The notes under the pieces were generated by a model. It was not told the DNA's origin. It made no database searches and worked only from the letters and a program-made list of their open reading frames with translations. Source: Paraspadella gotoi (Eukaryota > Animalia > Chaetognatha). From it: DNA of 64,000 bases. Location: assembly GCA_051294375.1 (NCBI GenBank), contig CM119264.1, positions 31,501,477 through 31,565,476 of the forward strand, in the 5' to 3' direction. Below, one piece after another: positions 52,287 through 62,873 of the stretch; the first letter of the stretch is position 1, and every line of letters starts with the position of its first letter. The position numbers and the translations under genes were made by a program.

Positions 52287-52581
52287 TGCCTCCGTCCAAC
52301 GTGACCTGGTCTTTCCTCGGCCGCGCCGTCCGCGCCGACGCAGCGACGCCGCGTCAAGAGATCCGCCGCTTCAATGGAGGACAGATCCTTCGCCTCTTCC
52401 TCCCCGTCTCCTCCTCTTCTTCCTCCTCCTCCTCCTCGCCCCTTCTCTCCCCAGTCTCACCCAACGTGACACTTACCCTCGCAGTCGCCTCACCTTCGCT
52501 TCCTCATCTCTCTCGTTTTCTTCTCGTTTTTATTTTTAGACCGAAGATCGACTGCGCCGCGCCGACGGCTGCTGCTGACGG
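52287..52581 (+). CDS. IgSF gene exon (Ig3 core, start of Ig4)
   Basis: CTCCTCAG acceptor and CGG|GTAAGA donor. It joins 'ANPE' to VPPSNVTWSFLG...QILRLFLPV(S)n...NVTLTLAV...FIFRPKIDCAAPTAAADG and parallels the Ig4 motif ANPRVPPSNISW; phase 1 to 2. Internal residues may contain compensating indel errors. Confidence 0.85.
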
Positions 52582-52625
<44 letters not shown>

Positions 52626-53334
52626 AAGAGAGAGAGAAAGAGAAAAAGGATCAACTGCCGCGCGCGATTGCTGCTGCTGACGGGTAAACTTAAAGAGAGA
52701 GAGAGAGAGAGAGGAAATGAGAGTGAGAGAGAGAAAAAAAGAGAAAAAGGAAAAAGGATCAACTGCGCCGCGCCGACGGCTGCTGTTGACGGGTAAAGAG
52801 AGAGAGAAAGAGAGAAAAAAGATCCACTGCGCTGCACCGATGGCTGCTGCTGATGGGTAAAAAGAGAAAAAAAGAGTGAAGATTGACTGCGCTGCTCCGA
52901 TGGCTGTTGATGAGGGGTAAGGTGAGAGAGAGAGAGAGAAAGAAGATCGACTGCGCGGCACCAATGGCTGTTGTTGATGGGTAAAGAGATATAGAGAAAG
53001 AGAGAGTGTGAGAGAGAGAGAGAAGATCAACTGCGCCACTTTGATGGCTACTGCTGATGGGTATGGAGAGAGAGAGAGAAGATCGACTGCATGGCACTGA
53101 TGGCTGTTGCTGATGGTTAAAGAGAGAGAGAGAGGGAGAAAGAGAGAGAGAGAAAGAGAAGATTGACTGCGCCGCTCTGACGGCTGCTGCTGATGGGTAA
53201 AGAAAGACTGAGAGAGAGAATATTGACTGCACTGCTCCGACGGCTGCTGCTGATGGTTATGGAGATAGAGAGAGAGAAAGAGAGCAAGAAAGAAGATCGA
53301 CTGCGCCGCACCGATGGCTGCTGCTGACGGGTAA

Positions 53335-53365
<31 letters not shown>

Positions 53366-53410
53366 AGATCGACAGCGCTGCACTGACGGCTGCTGCTGAC
53401 GGGTAAGAGA
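52543..53410 (+). repeat. 12-copy array of exon 3' end + donor with (GA)n spacers
   Basis: Unit AAGATCGACTGCGCCGCGCCGACGGCTGCTGCTGACGG|GTAA separated by variable-length purine tracts. Confidence 0.95.
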
Positions 53411-53715
53411 GAGAGACAAAGGCTGTTGACTTGTTCTGTTGTTAATGTTATTTTTTTCATCAATTCGTAGATTGTTATGTATTTACTTCATCTGTTAATG
53501 TCATTGGTCATTAGTCATTGGTCAGCCGGAGGTCTTTGATTGGTCCGTGATTCGTCAGTTGATTGATGATCTGAAAAGACCATGACCAATCACATCACAA
53601 GGCCGACCAAGTCCGTTTATATTTTCATACCGTTAATAATGTTGTAATAGTTAAATAGTTTAATAATGTCTTATTTCATTTTCACCAACACTTGACTTTT
53701 CCCCCACCCAATCAG

Positions 53716-54059
53716 CTCCTCCTCCTCCTCCTCCTCCTCCTCCTCCCCATCTAACGTCACCGTCGCCTGTGAGATCATCGCCAACCCCCGCGTCCCGCCC
53801 TCCAACATCTCGTGGGAGATTCACTCCACTTCCTTCGGTCTCTTCACGCGACTCGGCGGCGGACGATACGCTGCTCTGTCGGCCACCGCTGCGCGCGTCG
53901 CTGTCACGCTGCATCGAACGCTGTTCCTGAGGAAGCTGGACTACGTGCTGACGCTGCGAGTGACTGGGAGGAGAGGAGGAGTCACGAAGAACTTCACTAT
54001 AGATTATGGAGGAGGAGGAAGAGGAGAAGGAGGAGGAGGAGGAGGTGAAAGCGTCTCTG
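53716..54059 (+). CDS. IgSF gene exon (Ig4 and Gly-rich stalk)
   Basis: ATCAG acceptor and CTG|GTGAGC donor; G(S)10PSNVTVACEIIANPRVPPSNISWEIHSTSFGLFTRLGGGRYAALSATAARVAVTLHRTLFLRKLDYVLTLRVTGRRGGVTKNFTIDYGGGGRGEGGGGGGESVS; phase 2 to 1. Confidence 0.9.
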
Positions 54060-54089
54060 GTGAGCGGAGATTGTCAAGTGTAGTTAAGG

Positions 54090-54715
54090 AAACATATTCT
54101 CACATCTCGCAAATTTCTATTTTCTCATATTTTCACAACTCATGTTTTCGTATTCTCACATTTCAGAAATTCTCATCTTCTCATATTCTCACTGCGCGCA
54201 AGGCGCTTAGCAGGCTGAAGGGTGCTATCCGCAAGTTCTTTAACACCCTTTAACAGCCATGTAACAGGTTATGGCCTAAGAACCAGGCTTGAGGGTTTTC
54301 TAGGCCCCCAAGTCTGTTTACGGCCGTCCTAACGCTTCCCGCAGGGTACCTAATGGTACCTAGTGATCATGATCTGATGGTTTTACTCAATGAGCCACTG
54401 GGTCATGACTGAAGTTGTCATTCTTATTGGCAGAGCGAACTTATTGCAATGCCCGATCTCATCGTCTTATATTCTCACATGTCACCACTTTCTCGTATTA
54501 TCACATCTCATCGTCTTATATTCTCACATGTCACAAATTTCCATCTTCTCATATTCTCACATGTTACCAATTTTCACTTTCTGATATTCCCACATCTCAT
54601 CTTCTCATATTCTCACATCTCATATATTCCCATTTTCTCATCTTCTCACATCTCATCTTCTCATATCCTCACATCTCATCTTCTCATTTTCTCACATCTC
54701 ACATATTCTTCTCAG
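54090..54715 (+). repeat. CTCAT/CTCAC-based minisatellite running into the splice acceptor (interrupted by a SINE)
   Basis: TCTCATATTCTCACAT units end at ACATATTCTTCTCAG. Confidence 0.85.
54198..54404 (-). mobile_element. tRNA-derived SINE, same family
   Basis: AGTGGCTCATTGAGTAAAACC head and shared TTGGGGGCCTAGAAAACCCTCAAGCCTGGTTC body; 3' part is similar to 6543-6655. Confidence 0.7.
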
Positions 54716-54903
54716 GTTCCTCCGTCTCCAACCTCAAGCACCACCCCCCCAACCCTTCGTCCATCCCTCCGCCCGACTTCATTCCCATCGGCCTCATCTC
54801 TGGAGGCGACGTCGCCGGCTTCGGCCTCTTGGAGTTCGTCGTCCTCTCGACTCTCTTATTCCTTCTAGTCGCAGTCGCTCTTACCATCTTAATTCTTTAT
54901 AAG
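54716..54903 (+). CDS. IgSF gene transmembrane exon
   Basis: TTCTTCTCAG acceptor and AAG|GTAGGT donor; Pro-rich stalk followed by the hydrophobic helix FVVLSTLLFLLVAVALTILILY and then K; phase 1 to 0. Confidence 0.92.
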
Positions 54904-55149
54904 GTAGGTAGAGGGAATAGAAAGGTAAAGGAAGACTAATAGAGAGGTCAAGGAAGACTAATAGAGAGGTAAAGGTAGGGTACAAACGAGGCTTTGCCCA
55001 ACAATCGACCTGGCGTAAAGCTCCCTTTTATTGAAAAATAAAATCAACTTTTCTTGGGGTACAAATTTAAAAGATTTATAATCTCTAAAAGATTTAAAAA
55101 AATGCATGGGTATTGGGTACAAATATAAAACAATTGTATAAGTAACAAA

Positions 55150-56470
55150 ATTCATTCGGCAGTAACTATTTCTGCCATTATCACCAATTTCAGTGCATCG
55201 ACAGTGTTGTACAAGAAGCTGACCTCTTGCTGCACCTCCCTATACACTCGATATTTGATATTTCATATGAAATTGGTACAACCAATATAAAAATTATCCT
55301 TTCATTTAATAAATAAGATATCTTGCCCCCTATTTGATATTTGATATTTGATCCAGAGAACTTGGGGCCACAAATCCGGCGTCAAAAGGGACTGGAAATT
55401 GTCCGCCATTCTTTCCTGCGTCTCCTTTGTCTTCTGGGTCTTTGTTGAATTCTGCCAAAAGATGAACGGACCTCGCCCCATCACTTTTTCACATTTCAAA
55501 TATGTCCCTCGCTGCTCACTTTTCTAAGAATCACCAAGGATGATGTGAACTCGCTTTTCATGATGATGAACACTAAGGCGTAGTGAAAGTTACATACGAA
55601 AATTCTAAAAGTCAATTATGAACAACATACCATCAGTGAACATTAATTTGTAAAAAAAATTAATTTTATGTTTTTTTAATTTTCACAGTAGGCTATATTT
55701 TTATTTAGTACTATCCTTATAATATCGAACATTTTCAAAATAGGCTTTTCTTAATTTTGATTGCAGATTTGAATTCCTCGTCAAAAGTTGATAAGAGAAA
55801 ATATAAATCATTTTTAAAAATTCTTTCATTAAATGAGTTAAAAATTAAAAAAAACTTTATTTAATATATAAAAAGTTAATTTCAGCTTAAAATATAGCTT
55901 TTTTTAATTTTTGACCCACTTAATGAAGGAATTTTTCAAAAAGAGTTATATTTCTTTTTATCAACTTTTTATGACGAATCCAAATCTGAACATTTATTGG
56001 TTTAGTACTAGTATAAATATGGCTTACTGCGTAAATTGTAAAATTTATTGTAAATTTTTTTATTACATAAATGTTCATTAGTATAATGTTGTTCGTTCCT
56101 CACTTTTAGAATTTTAATTAAAGTTAAATTTAGAAATTTTACTACGCCTTAATGGACACCGTTCTCAGTTTAGAGCACAATCTACGATGGTTCTATGAAA
56201 TTGGTACAACCAATATAAAAATTATCTTTTCACAATTCGTTCCAGCATTCAGATGCTCTGATGCCTAAGATGAGGCTTTTATCTTTCAGCGCATCTTTAC
56301 CTTATCTGTGAGCAGCGAGCGATGATACAACTTGTACGAACAGAAGTTCAGATCGTCGTGAATGACTCACTTGATAACTCGTGAGCAATTTCAGTCATGG
56401 GAGGTTCGAAATTCTACGCGATCTTTGCTCTGCCTCATTCGATTGTCCATTTTCATATTTATCTCATCTC
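55150..56470 (-). pseudogene. degenerate Tc1/mariner-superfamily transposase (split by the MITE)
   Basis: Minus-strand fragments VIHDDLNFCSYKLYHRSLLTDKVKMR, FIFWQNSTKTQKTKETQERMADNFQSLLTPDLWP/SSLD (compare FQQD...WPPSSPDLNP) and EVQQEVSFLYNTVDALKLVIMAE, in the expected order, with stops and frameshifts. Confidence 0.75.
55576..56149. mobile_element. MITE, same family, inserted in a transposase relic
   Basis: TA|AGGCGTAGTGAAAG ... AATTTTACTACGCCT|TA. Confidence 0.85.
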
Positions 56471-56979
56471 TTTGTTGGGCTTTTGGTCAGCGCCATTGGC
56501 TTCTGGAAGTTATAAAACTTTATTATTTCATTTGGGGAGATCGCGACCGGGAAAACATTTAAAATCGTCTTGATTTCTGGGCAGACATGGCGCGTGGCAT
56601 GGACATGGACATGTGAAGCGAAAAGCGTAAACTGCGTCCATTTCGTTTCGAATTTCTGGATGAATGAATAAAAATTTAAACAAATTATTTTGTTTTGTTT
56701 TTTTGATGATCCATAATTTTTTTCGGAATTTATGTATAAATATTTTGGAAACGTTTATTTTCTGATTAAATAACATTAGCCTTGAGTTCCTCTAAAATTC
56801 TCTTGGCAGACGCATTGCAATTTAGTAATTCCAACGACGACGACAACGACAACGACGACGACGAGGACGACGACGAAGACGACAGCTTCTGGATTCCGTT
56901 GCTGAGGGAAAACGATGCCCTCCTTACTTTTTCTCAGTCTGGCAATTTCCTTTCCGTCCTTGGCTTTTAGTTGCTCTTC

Positions 56980-57018
<39 letters not shown>

Positions 57019-57067
57019 CTGCTGCCGTCTCTCTCAGTCTCTCTCTGCTCTTTGTCCTCTCTCTTCT

Positions 57068-57107
<40 letters not shown>

Positions 57108-57377
57108 GTTCTCTCTAGATACATGTCCGTATTTTCTGAAAAAAAAAGTTCGTAAAACTTGTGACATTATTTTTAAAAATGTGATAATATATAATAAGTA
57201 ATAAGTTTATAAGTTAACTTTTAATGTTTAAACTTCAACTTTTTCTTCAATTGAATTCATCATTGGCTATTTTCAAAAAGCAACCTTTTTTAGCTTAAAT
57301 TTAGAATTAGATTAGATTCGCTGTAGTCAGGCATTGCCTAAGTTCACCCGGCCTATAAGCATGACAGCTTCAGTCGT

Positions 57378-57511
57378 CAACCGGTGGCTCATTGAGTAAA
57401 GGCGTCAGCTCAAGACCAGTTGGTACTGCGTTCAATCCCAACTCGCTACTTACCCTGCGGGAATCGTGATAGCCGTAGCCACTGTGGGGGCATGGAAAAC
57501 CTTCAAGCTTG
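57378..57511 (+). mobile_element. tRNA-derived SINE (left member of an inverted pair)
   Basis: GGTGGCTCATTGAGTAAAGG A-box-like and GCGTTCAATCCC B-box. Confidence 0.7.
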
Positions 57512-57518
57512 GTAATCA

Positions 57519-57663
57519 GAAAACCAGGCTTGAAGGTTTTCCATGCCCCCAAGGCTACTTCCGGCCATCTTTACGCTTCCGGCAAAGTAGGTACCGGGTT
57601 GTGATAGAAAACGGTATTTAGTGGTCATGAGCTGATGGCTTTACTCGATGAGCTACCTGGTCA
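57519..57663 (-). mobile_element. tRNA-derived SINE (right member of an inverted pair)
   Basis: Reverse-complement homology to 57378-57511 and direct homology to 10684-10815. Confidence 0.7.
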
Positions 57664-58254
57664 ATTGAATGTTTGATTCTTATAGGCGTTTAAAAAAAAT
57701 GGACAGCTTTCCAAAATTATTACATATCTTCTATGGTAGAACGAATCGAATTTTATGTAAGTGTTGTAAACTCATTAGCTTTTTACGAAAACTTTTGTCC
57801 TTACTATCTAGGGAAAAAGTTTATCACATTTAAAAATAAAGGATATCTACTCAAAACTTGTTTGATTAAAAACCTGAATTGGTTTTCAAATCTACATTGA
57901 ATTTAAGTTTTTAGAATCATCGCATGCACTATGTAATTATTGATTAAAAACGTTTTCAATAAAAAAATATATACTGAACTTGATCCCAAATTCGACATTT
58001 TTAAACTATATTCAATTTTTTATAGTAGATTTCTTATATTTTTTATAGGTCAAATCGTTTAGAAGTTAGAGGCAAAAAATATTGTTACTTCAAATGAAAA
58101 ATGTCAAAAAATATATTTCGTTTTCCACCATTTTAGGTATGTATTTAGTTATTTATTTTTATTTCGAATAGAGTTAGTTATTTTTTGTTTGTTTTTAATT
58201 TGGTAATGCTAAAGGCCTTGCACATCTTTTTGGTTCAAAAAAGTATTATTATAG

Positions 58255-58496
58255 CTTTCAGAAAAGAGAGAAAGATGTGCAACATCATCATCAGGGCTGA
58301 AAGAATTGCGTTAAAGATGTGAAAAAATATTTCACTTTCATACTGCAATTTGCTATATGAGAGCATGCCCAGAAAAATGCAGGCAGTAATCAATGCCACG
58401 GAAGAGCATACCAAATATTGAGAAAGTTTCACCCATATTTTATATACTTTTTATTGAATACATGATTTATGTGATATACTTTTTTCCGAGATAGTA
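58255..58496 (+). pseudogene. Tc1-like transposase C-terminal relic with probable right TIR
   Basis: ISLSYCNLLYESMPRKMQAVINATEEHTKY* (stop 58419-58421) matches the Tc1 C-terminal pattern ESMPRRxxAVIxAKGGxTKY; the relic ends TTTTTTCCGAGATAG|TA. Confidence 0.75.
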
Positions 58497-58640
58497 ATTT
58501 CAAAGTTTAAGCGACGATGACGACGACGACGATGACGACGACCAAAAGGATAAAAGACGACGACTTAAAAGTTTTCATTCGCGGAATTCATGAAGAAAAT
58601 TGTCTGTTCCAAAACTATCTTTCACTCTGCCAGAACTGCC

Positions 58641-58688
<48 letters not shown>

Positions 58689-58894
58689 ATCCGTCATTTT
58701 AACTTGCTGAAACGGGCTAACAGAACTGCCAGTTTTGTGTTAATCCAAATTTAATCATTTTTACTAACCCGTTCACCACAGTTCAAAAAATATATTTATA
58801 TCTATATGAAATTAAAATATTCAAAGCAAAATTAAACATTTATTGTTTAATCTGTTTTTTTCCTCCTACTTCTTCCTCCTGCTTCTTCCTCCTC

Positions 58895-59650
58895 TTCCCC
58901 CTCCCTATCTCTCTCTATCCTCCCTATATCCTCCCTCTATCCTCCATCCCTCCCTCTATCTTCCTTCTATCTTCCCTCTATCCGCCCTTTATCATTCCTT
59001 TATCCTCCATCCCTCCCTCTATCTTCCCTCTTTCCTCCCTCTATCCTCTTTCTCTTCCTCTATCCTCCCTCCCTCCCTATATCCTCCCTCTATCCTCCAT
59101 CCCTCCCTATATCCTCAATCTCTTCCTCTATCCTCCCTTTATCCTTCATCCCTCCGTCTATCTTCCCTCTATCCTCCCTCTATCCTTTATCTCTTCCCCT
59201 ATGCTCCCTCCCTCCCTCTATCCTCCATCCCTCCCTCTATCCTCTTTCCCTTCCTCTATTCACCATCCCTTCCTTTATCCTCCCTCTATTTGCCCTCTAT
59301 CCTCCACTCCTCCTTCTACCCTCCCTCTCTCCTCTCTCTATCTACTATCCGTTCCTCTATCCTCCCTCTCTCCCTCTATCCTCTCTCTATCCTCCCTCTA
59401 TCTTCCAACCCTCCCACTATCCTCTATCCTTTCCTCTATCCTCCCTCTATCCTCCATCACTCCCTCTATATTCCTTCTATCCTCCCTATATCTTCCCTCT
59501 ATTCTTCCCTCTATCCTCCATCCCTTCTCTATCCTCCCTCTACCTTCCCTCTATCCCTCCCTCTATCCTCTCTCTATCCTCTATCCTCCCTCCTCCCTCT
59601 ATTCTCCATCCCTTCCTCTATCCTCCCTCTATCCTCCCCCTAACCTCCCC
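58895..59650 (+). repeat. ~11-bp CTCCCTCTATC minisatellite running into the splice acceptor
   Basis: The array ends with CCCCTAACCTCCCCCCAG, a branch-point-like CTAAC followed by the acceptor. Confidence 0.9.
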
Positions 59651-59654
59651 CCAG

Positions 59655-59775
59655 CGCGGCCTCATCTTCCACCCAGAGGAAATCCCAGATCCGTCTCAAG
59701 GCAGCCTTTTGGCGCCGCGGCTGGGCGGCGTCGGCTGCGGCGGCGGCGGCTGCGAACTCGACTCTGGAGTCGCAG
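59655..59775 (+). CDS. IgSF gene cytoplasmic exon 1
   Basis: CCCCCCAG acceptor and CAG|GTAAAA donor; GC-rich island encoding RGLIFHPEEIPDPSQGSLLAPRLGGVGCGGGGCELDSGVA, giving a KR stop-transfer after the TM; phase 0 to 1. Confidence 0.85.
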
Positions 59776-59998
59776 GTAAAAATCATCTCTTATTAAATGT
59801 GGAATTAATATGGAAAAGAAAAAGAAAAAGATGATTTGTTTATCTTAAAAGTGAAACACATTTGAGGAAAAATGTATATGCGTTTTGAAAGCATCAGTTC
59901 AGTAAAGATATGCAATTTATATTGGATGTACAAATTTCATGTAATATGTAATCATATATATATAATGAAAGATAAAATTAAAAGAAAACAGTTTAAAT

Positions 59999-60030
<32 letters not shown>

Positions 60031-60034
60031 TCAG

Positions 60035-60141
60035 GCGTAGGGGCTGGACAAATGACTCTTTCTTCTTCGGGATTTTCTCCTGGACTCACAACAATTCCTT
60101 TAACTCAATACAGCCTCACGATTCACGCGGATCAAGCGCTG
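60035..60141 (+). CDS. IgSF gene cytoplasmic exon 2
   Basis: (CT)n-TTTCAG acceptor and CTG|GTGAGA donor; GVGAGQMTLSSSGFSPGLTTIPLTQYSLTIHADQAL; phase 1 to 0. Confidence 0.82.
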
Positions 60142-60426
60142 GTGAGAAGAAAGATGTGAATATTGTCAACATTAACTGGGTTGGCCTTGTGATATGATTG
60201 GTCGTCCACTTAGGTCGCTAAGTCCGTGATTGGTCAAATGTTTGATGATATAAAATTACAATAACCAATCACGTAAAAGGTAATTAAAGTCCTATTCAAT
60301 TTTTAAAAACTTTATGCTACTTAATTATCAATAAATTGCTGAACTATTTTTTGTAAGAGGGAAGCCATAATTCACCATAAACTTTAAGTTATGAGACAAG
60401 AAAGGTTGTTTCATGAAAGAAAGTCT

Positions 60427-60678
60427 TAAGGCAACAGCCGGTTTGCCTGTCTTGCCCATTGGGATGGGGCATCTCACTGTTGACTTTGGGGGCTTCCGAC
60501 CCTCAGTGACGCCTCCAGTCACTGGCGCGGTTACCCTAGGACGGTCTCGCTTTACCAACGCAGAGGGAAGTCGTTAGGACTGTTGAGGGAACACTACGCC
60601 GAATGGTGTGTTCCCCCTCTGAGCCAATGGATTTGGCTGAACGATGGTGGACGTGAGGCGGTGTGATATACCGCCACA
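60427..60678 (-). mobile_element. solo LTR of the same family
   Basis: Full-length match to 50619-50872; flanks GTCT/GTAT. Confidence 0.8.
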
Positions 60679-60744
60679 GTATAATGTATATTTTGTTTGT
60701 ATCAATTTCATTTTAACATTCTATTTTCCCCATTTTTCCTTCAG

Positions 60745-60927
60745 GATTTAAGATCGAATCAGTTCATAGAATTGACTTCAAATGAACTTCGCTCGAATCA
60801 ATTTCCCGACATTTCGGCCGACGTTTATGCCGAATCGATCTTTGCTGCCCGACATGATGTGATGGCATCGCGTCCCGTTCTCTTACCGACAAACGACGAC
60901 GACGAAGACTCGTTGCCGACAAAATGA
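60745..60927 (+). CDS. IgSF gene terminal coding exon
   Basis: TTTTTCCTTCAG acceptor; phase 0 DLRSNQFIELTSNELRSNQFPDISADVYAESIFAARHDVMASRPVLLPTNDDDEDSLPTK-TGA. Confidence 0.82.
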   Translation, partial: DLRSNQFIELTSNELRSNQFPDISADVYAESIFAARHDVMASRPVLLPTNDDDEDSLPTK

Positions 60928-61048
60928 AAGAAATTTACCGACAACGGATGTTCAAGACCGACAATATTAATGAGAACTAAAGCTGACAAACAATATTGAT
61001 ATCAAATTTGTCAACCACTAAAGTTTAATCTTTTTTTAAGGTTATAAA

Positions 61049-61054
61049 AATAAA
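61049..61054 (+). terminator. candidate polyadenylation signal AATAAA
   Basis: First AATAAA about 120 nt after the stop codon, with a T-rich run downstream. The region is AT-rich, so a chance match is possible. Confidence 0.35.
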
Positions 61055-62830
61055 TGATAAAAGACGTGTAATTTTTTTTAATTTTTCAGGAATTTTTAAA
61101 TAAAAGTAAATTTTAATGAGGACACCTACGCTTTGTCGTATGTCACGTTTATGATCAATCGTAAATTCAAAATTAATATTTTTTTGTTTTCAGTCGTTCC
61201 TGTTCCCTTCTTCTTCTTCTTCCTCCTCCTCCTCCTCCTCCTCCTCCTCCTTCTCATTCCTGTCGATATCATTCCCCTGTTCTCATTCTTTAGATAAAAC
61301 CGTTTGTCGCATTTTTTTGTTGCAAAGTGTTTAATGTAAGAATGTATTACAAACAAGATTCTCATGTCATTCCACATTTTCTTTTCTTTTTTCATAAAAG
61401 TTAGAAAATTGAAATCTAGTATCGTTAGAAATTAAACAACATTTAGTATTCTACTAATCGAGGCAACGAAATAATCTTTTTTTAACTGTGATATTTTTAC
61501 ATGAATGTCTACAACAAAGTATATATATAATTCAAATTGACTTTCGCTTAGTTATGCTTCTTTAATTTTACCTTGTTAAAAAATCTTCAGGTTTTGACGC
61601 AATAAAACAAAAGTCTGATTTATAAAACGAAAGACTGATCCTGGCCAGTATGTCATTCTCCGAAACTACCCGCCCCCTGGTGTGAAGCTTGGAGCGCCCC
61701 GCGGGGCGGCCTACTGGGGCGCTCCCAGAGGGACAAAAACTTTTATGCACTGGGGCTACCTCTATTAGGGTAGTGGAGGACGGAANNNNNNNNNNAATTT
61801 TAATGGGAACAGCATTATTGTGTTAAAATATTTTTTTACAAAAATGTTCTGAACCATGAGTAATTCGCTAATTAATATTATTATATTGCTATATAATGTA
61901 AAAATTTTTTGATATTTTAAGTTTTTTTAATTGATTCTGATAGATCTTAAAAAGTTAAGCAAAAAATATAATTACATTTTTTTAAAATTTTGATGTTTTA
62001 TTACTAAAAATTGGTGAAAACTTTTAAAATCATCAGATGATGATGATGATGATGATTTTTTAAGGTTTTTCCCAATTTTAACCCACTTATCGTCAAAATA
62101 TTTAAAAAAGAATTATACTTTGTGTAGATAACTTTTCATAAGCTATTTTAATCTGCTTTTATAAATGCAAAATTCCAAAAAAAAATTTTGACATTTCCTA
62201 TCTATAAATAAATATTAAAAAATTAATTACTAATGCTTATAGCCATTTTAGAACATTTTGGTCCATTGAAAGTTTTCTCAGAAATGTATGAAGTTTCATT
62301 TGGAAAGGTTCCCAAATCAAACTTCTGACCCACCCCATTGACAAAGTTTGGCTCCAATTAGGGGTAATCCTTTGCAAGATCATTTAAAACCCCAAGTGGC
62401 TAGAAATTATATATCCCTTAGGACTGCATTATCTTTTTATTCTTTATTAATATTTCATATCAATTTTTTTTTATAATTAGATAAATATTTTAAATTTTAA
62501 AAAAATTATAAAAAAATAAATTAAAAAAAATATCTGTCTATAATCTAGCTCCCACTGAATGATTGCCCGCAGGGTCCGCCCCTTCGGTTTCCCAGCAAGG
62601 AGGATATTCTGAGCGATAACATATCTTTATCCTACCGGTACAACTAGAGGCTAATCACTGGCCAAATTAAAGACAATCAAAGGCCAATCAGAGGCCAATC
62701 AGTGGCTAAACTGAAAACAATCAGAGGACATTATGGACTTATTAGAGAACAATCTCAAGCCAAATTTCTTTATTCATAGAATAAAAAAAAAGAAATAATG
62801 ATAAGAAAAGAAGAAAGAGAAGAAGTAACG

Positions 62831-62873
<43 letters not shown>

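Larger units (their letters stand above)
47830..52505. repeat. tandem duplication (47830-49805 vs 49806-52505)
   Basis: Collinear copies that differ by the 750-bp LTR element and scattered indels. Confidence 0.9.

Noticed and set aside
52543-53410. CRISPR-like repeat-spacer appearance
   Set aside because: Eukaryotic context; spacers are low-complexity (GA)n of variable length, repeats are degenerate exon copies, and there are no cas genes.
52640-53410. Array of alternative cassette micro-exons
   Set aside because: Copies are preceded by purine tracts rather than polypyrimidine tracts, spacers are mostly too short to be introns, and the obvious lengths (35/38 nt) break the frame.
60035-60927. 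ITIM/ITSM motifs in the cytoplasmic tail
   Set aside because: TQYSLT and DVYAES lack the hydrophobic residue at Y+3.
62650-62735. CCAAT-box promoter cluster
   Set aside because: It looks like a degenerate 11-bp tandem repeat, and no adjacent TSS or exon is identifiable.
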